Shown here: in pieces, positions 61,966 through 64,000 of the stretch | How the letters are laid out: each line of letters starts with the position of its first letter | How positions within the stretch are numbered: the stretch's first letter is position 1 | Assembly: GCF_036321535.1 (NCBI RefSeq) | Contig: NC_087437.1 | Coordinates: 42,286,001 to 42,350,000 of the forward strand | Origin: Camelus dromedarius | Lineage: Eukaryota | Length of the DNA: 64,000 bases | Direction of reading: 5' to 3' | The notes under the pieces: generated by a model | What the model saw: the letters and a program-made list of their open reading frames with translations, nothing else | Databases searched by the model: none | What the model was told of the DNA's origin: nothing | Program-made: the position numbers and the translations under genes

Positions 61966-62378
61966 TTATTATTAGTGCTTCCCTCAGGATTTATATAGCA
62001 TTGTTCCAAAAAATAATTATTCTGCACTTGGTACTTTAGGTAAAACAGAAAATTGTTTGTAAATGGAGGATGAATCAGAGTGATTTGAATGCAGTATTTT
62101 TTTAAGATATGTTCAGTGTTCTTTTAAAATCACCAAAGTGTAACTTTGTGATTAAAGTCTTAAAAATCAAACCAGCCCATGATATTAATATTTTGTATAC
62201 TCTACATTCCTCTATTATGTGCTTTGGTTTTAAGACATCCTGAATCTTCACTGGGTGTCTGATGTACTAAACTCGGCAAGGTGAGCCAAGGAGGAAATAG
62301 GGCATGTCTCCATTAATGGACAACAAAGTGTTCCCACTTGTTTACAGAATTCTTTTAGGTCATGCCAATTTGGAGACC

Positions 62379-62381
<3 letters not shown>

Positions 62382-62418
<37 letters not shown>
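62382..62418. repeat. (CA)n microsatellite
   Basis: About 18 perfect units. Confidence 0.95.
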
Positions 62419-62419
<1 letters not shown>

Positions 62420-63194
62420 CCACACACCCTACATGGTGTTGAGACTACTTACAGGGCATTTTAATTTGGCCACATAGAACTTCATGTGCTCTTTGGGGCA
62501 CAAATTCATTATGGCCCTAAGGAAAAGAACAAATGCCAACCACAAAGACAGAGAACGTTTTTGATCACATTAACCTGGTATCTCACTCCCTCTCAGCAAA
62601 GCTAGAACAAATAATCCAGCTTAATTATAACTGACCTGGCTATAGACTCAACCCTAGACATGAATCTAGGGGCAGCAGTCTTGGAGCCTGTGTAGGTGAC
62701 AGGGCCAGACCTAAGTGAAGTTATGGAGCAGTGAATGTTGCCTGTTGGTGACCTTCGTCTTCTATTTTTATACTGTTTTCCTCTTTTCAAGGCCAACTTT
62801 CATTACTATTTCCTTTCTTTTCTCTGGTCTCTCAAGGCATTCTATTCCTGTCACATTTAAAGCTGACTTATATTTTGGAATTAATGACTTGGTATCTTAC
62901 CCTTCCTATGTATTTGGGTTTTGAATAAAGACGACAATTGTAGAACAATGCCCAGCACAGAGGTGCATGCCCTGTGATTTGGGTTTAAGTTCCATGTCCA
63001 CCAATCATTCATCAGTATCTATCTTTTCAGTCTCAGCTACTTACCTGTAGAATCAGAACAATAAAAATTACTTCCCAAATTGAGTGAGGATTAAATAACA
63101 CCTGTAAAAAGTGCTCTAGGAAACCATGGATTATTATGAACATACGTAGCTATTTTCATAAAATAGATCAGTGTTATTAACTTCTCCATTTCCC

Positions 63195-63350
63195 TCACAG
63201 GATTGCAAGCTCCTTGAAGGCCTGGGGGTGCTTTTCTCACCAGTGATCCTAAGAGACTGGCACTGTACCGGGCATTCAGAAGAGATGCAACAGCGTTTAT
63301 TCAATGAATGAATGAATGAATGAATGAGTGAATGAGTGAGTGAGTGAGTG
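63195..63350 (+). mobile_element. L2 3' end with expanded (ATGA)n/(GTGA)n tail
   Basis: GATTGCAAGCTCCTTGAAGGC...CTGGCACTGTACCGGGCA...TTTATTCAATGAATGAATGAATG. Confidence 0.8.
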
Positions 63351-64000
63351 AAAGATCATGGGAGAAGTGGGCATTTTGAGACACAATATTTTGCTGAATG
63401 TATCATCTTGTGTCCCTTCTGTGCCTGCACAGTCCTTATTGGCCATAGAAGAGAAGTACAAGTCTCTTTCTTGATTGATCAATACACTGACAGTTTAAGC
63501 GAAGTCTTCATCTCTATAAATGTTGGAATTATAGTTTCTGAGGTCCTTTTTGTTGCCTACCATCCATCAAAGTTATTGCTCTGAAGTAGGCAGGAAAAAT
63601 CATTTGATCCTAAAACTCATACTGAAAAGGAGAGGCCAGCAGTGTATCTTTAGTTAGTTACCCTGCTTACAAATTTTGAGCCAGGATAACCAGTAGGGCT
63701 AGATGTCACAGTACAGCTACACCTATTATTCTGCTGCATGTCATCTTAAATTAAGCGTCACTTCCATTATTTTTTTAAGTGTAATAACGTCAGAGAGCAT
63801 AAAAAGCTAAAATTTGCCAGTGTGAAGTGGACATGGAGGACATCTACCTCCCTTACTATCTGTGCTCCTAAACCCCAGGCCACAAAAGCACTAGATGTGA
63901 GGTTCAGCTACAGAGCCCTCATTCCCAGCTTAGAGCCTGGAAGGCACAGGCAGGAGAACGGAGGGCAGAAGGAGAACGAAGTTTGAGGAATTTATTCCTC

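Noticed and set aside
1..64000. A novel gene system, operon, CRISPR array or host protein-coding gene
   Set aside because: The DNA is mammalian and repeat-rich. All listed ORFs are 161 aa or shorter; those I recognise are L1 or LTR derived. I found no repeat-spacer array and no exon chain with a recognisable product. Small exons cannot be excluded by eye.

Overview
Mammalian, AT-rich, CpG-poor non-coding DNA, intergenic or deep intronic. It is most likely from a camelid (camel/alpaca/llama): the young SINEs are tRNA-derived Vic-1-like elements, and I see no Alu, B1/B2, Bov-A/tA, PRE-1 or SINEC copies. I find no supportable host protein-coding exon, RNA gene, CRISPR array or prokaryotic system. 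The ORFs I can recognise are fragments of L1 ORF1/ORF2 or chance frames across LTRs. Much of the window is interspersed repeat: a ~5.2 kb decayed L1, many L1 3' tails and older L1M pieces, MaLR (MLT1), MLT2/ERVL and ERV1 solo LTRs, a decayed ERVL-class pol (RNase H-integrase) fragment, hAT and Tigger DNA-transposon fossils, MIR/L2 and microsatellites. Subfamily names come from my recall of consensus sequences and need RepeatMasker/Dfam confirmation; many boundaries are approximate. The most interesting signals are mechanistic footprints rather than a new system. (1) An L1 3' transduction ends at the poly(A) signal of a captured MLT1A LTR and may be serial. (2) A 22-bp locally templated patch replaces the middle of a SINE. 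(3) A ~196-bp local duplication is joined to an L1 tail through telomere-like repeats. (4) Three L1 breakpoints fall at nearly the same ORF2 position.
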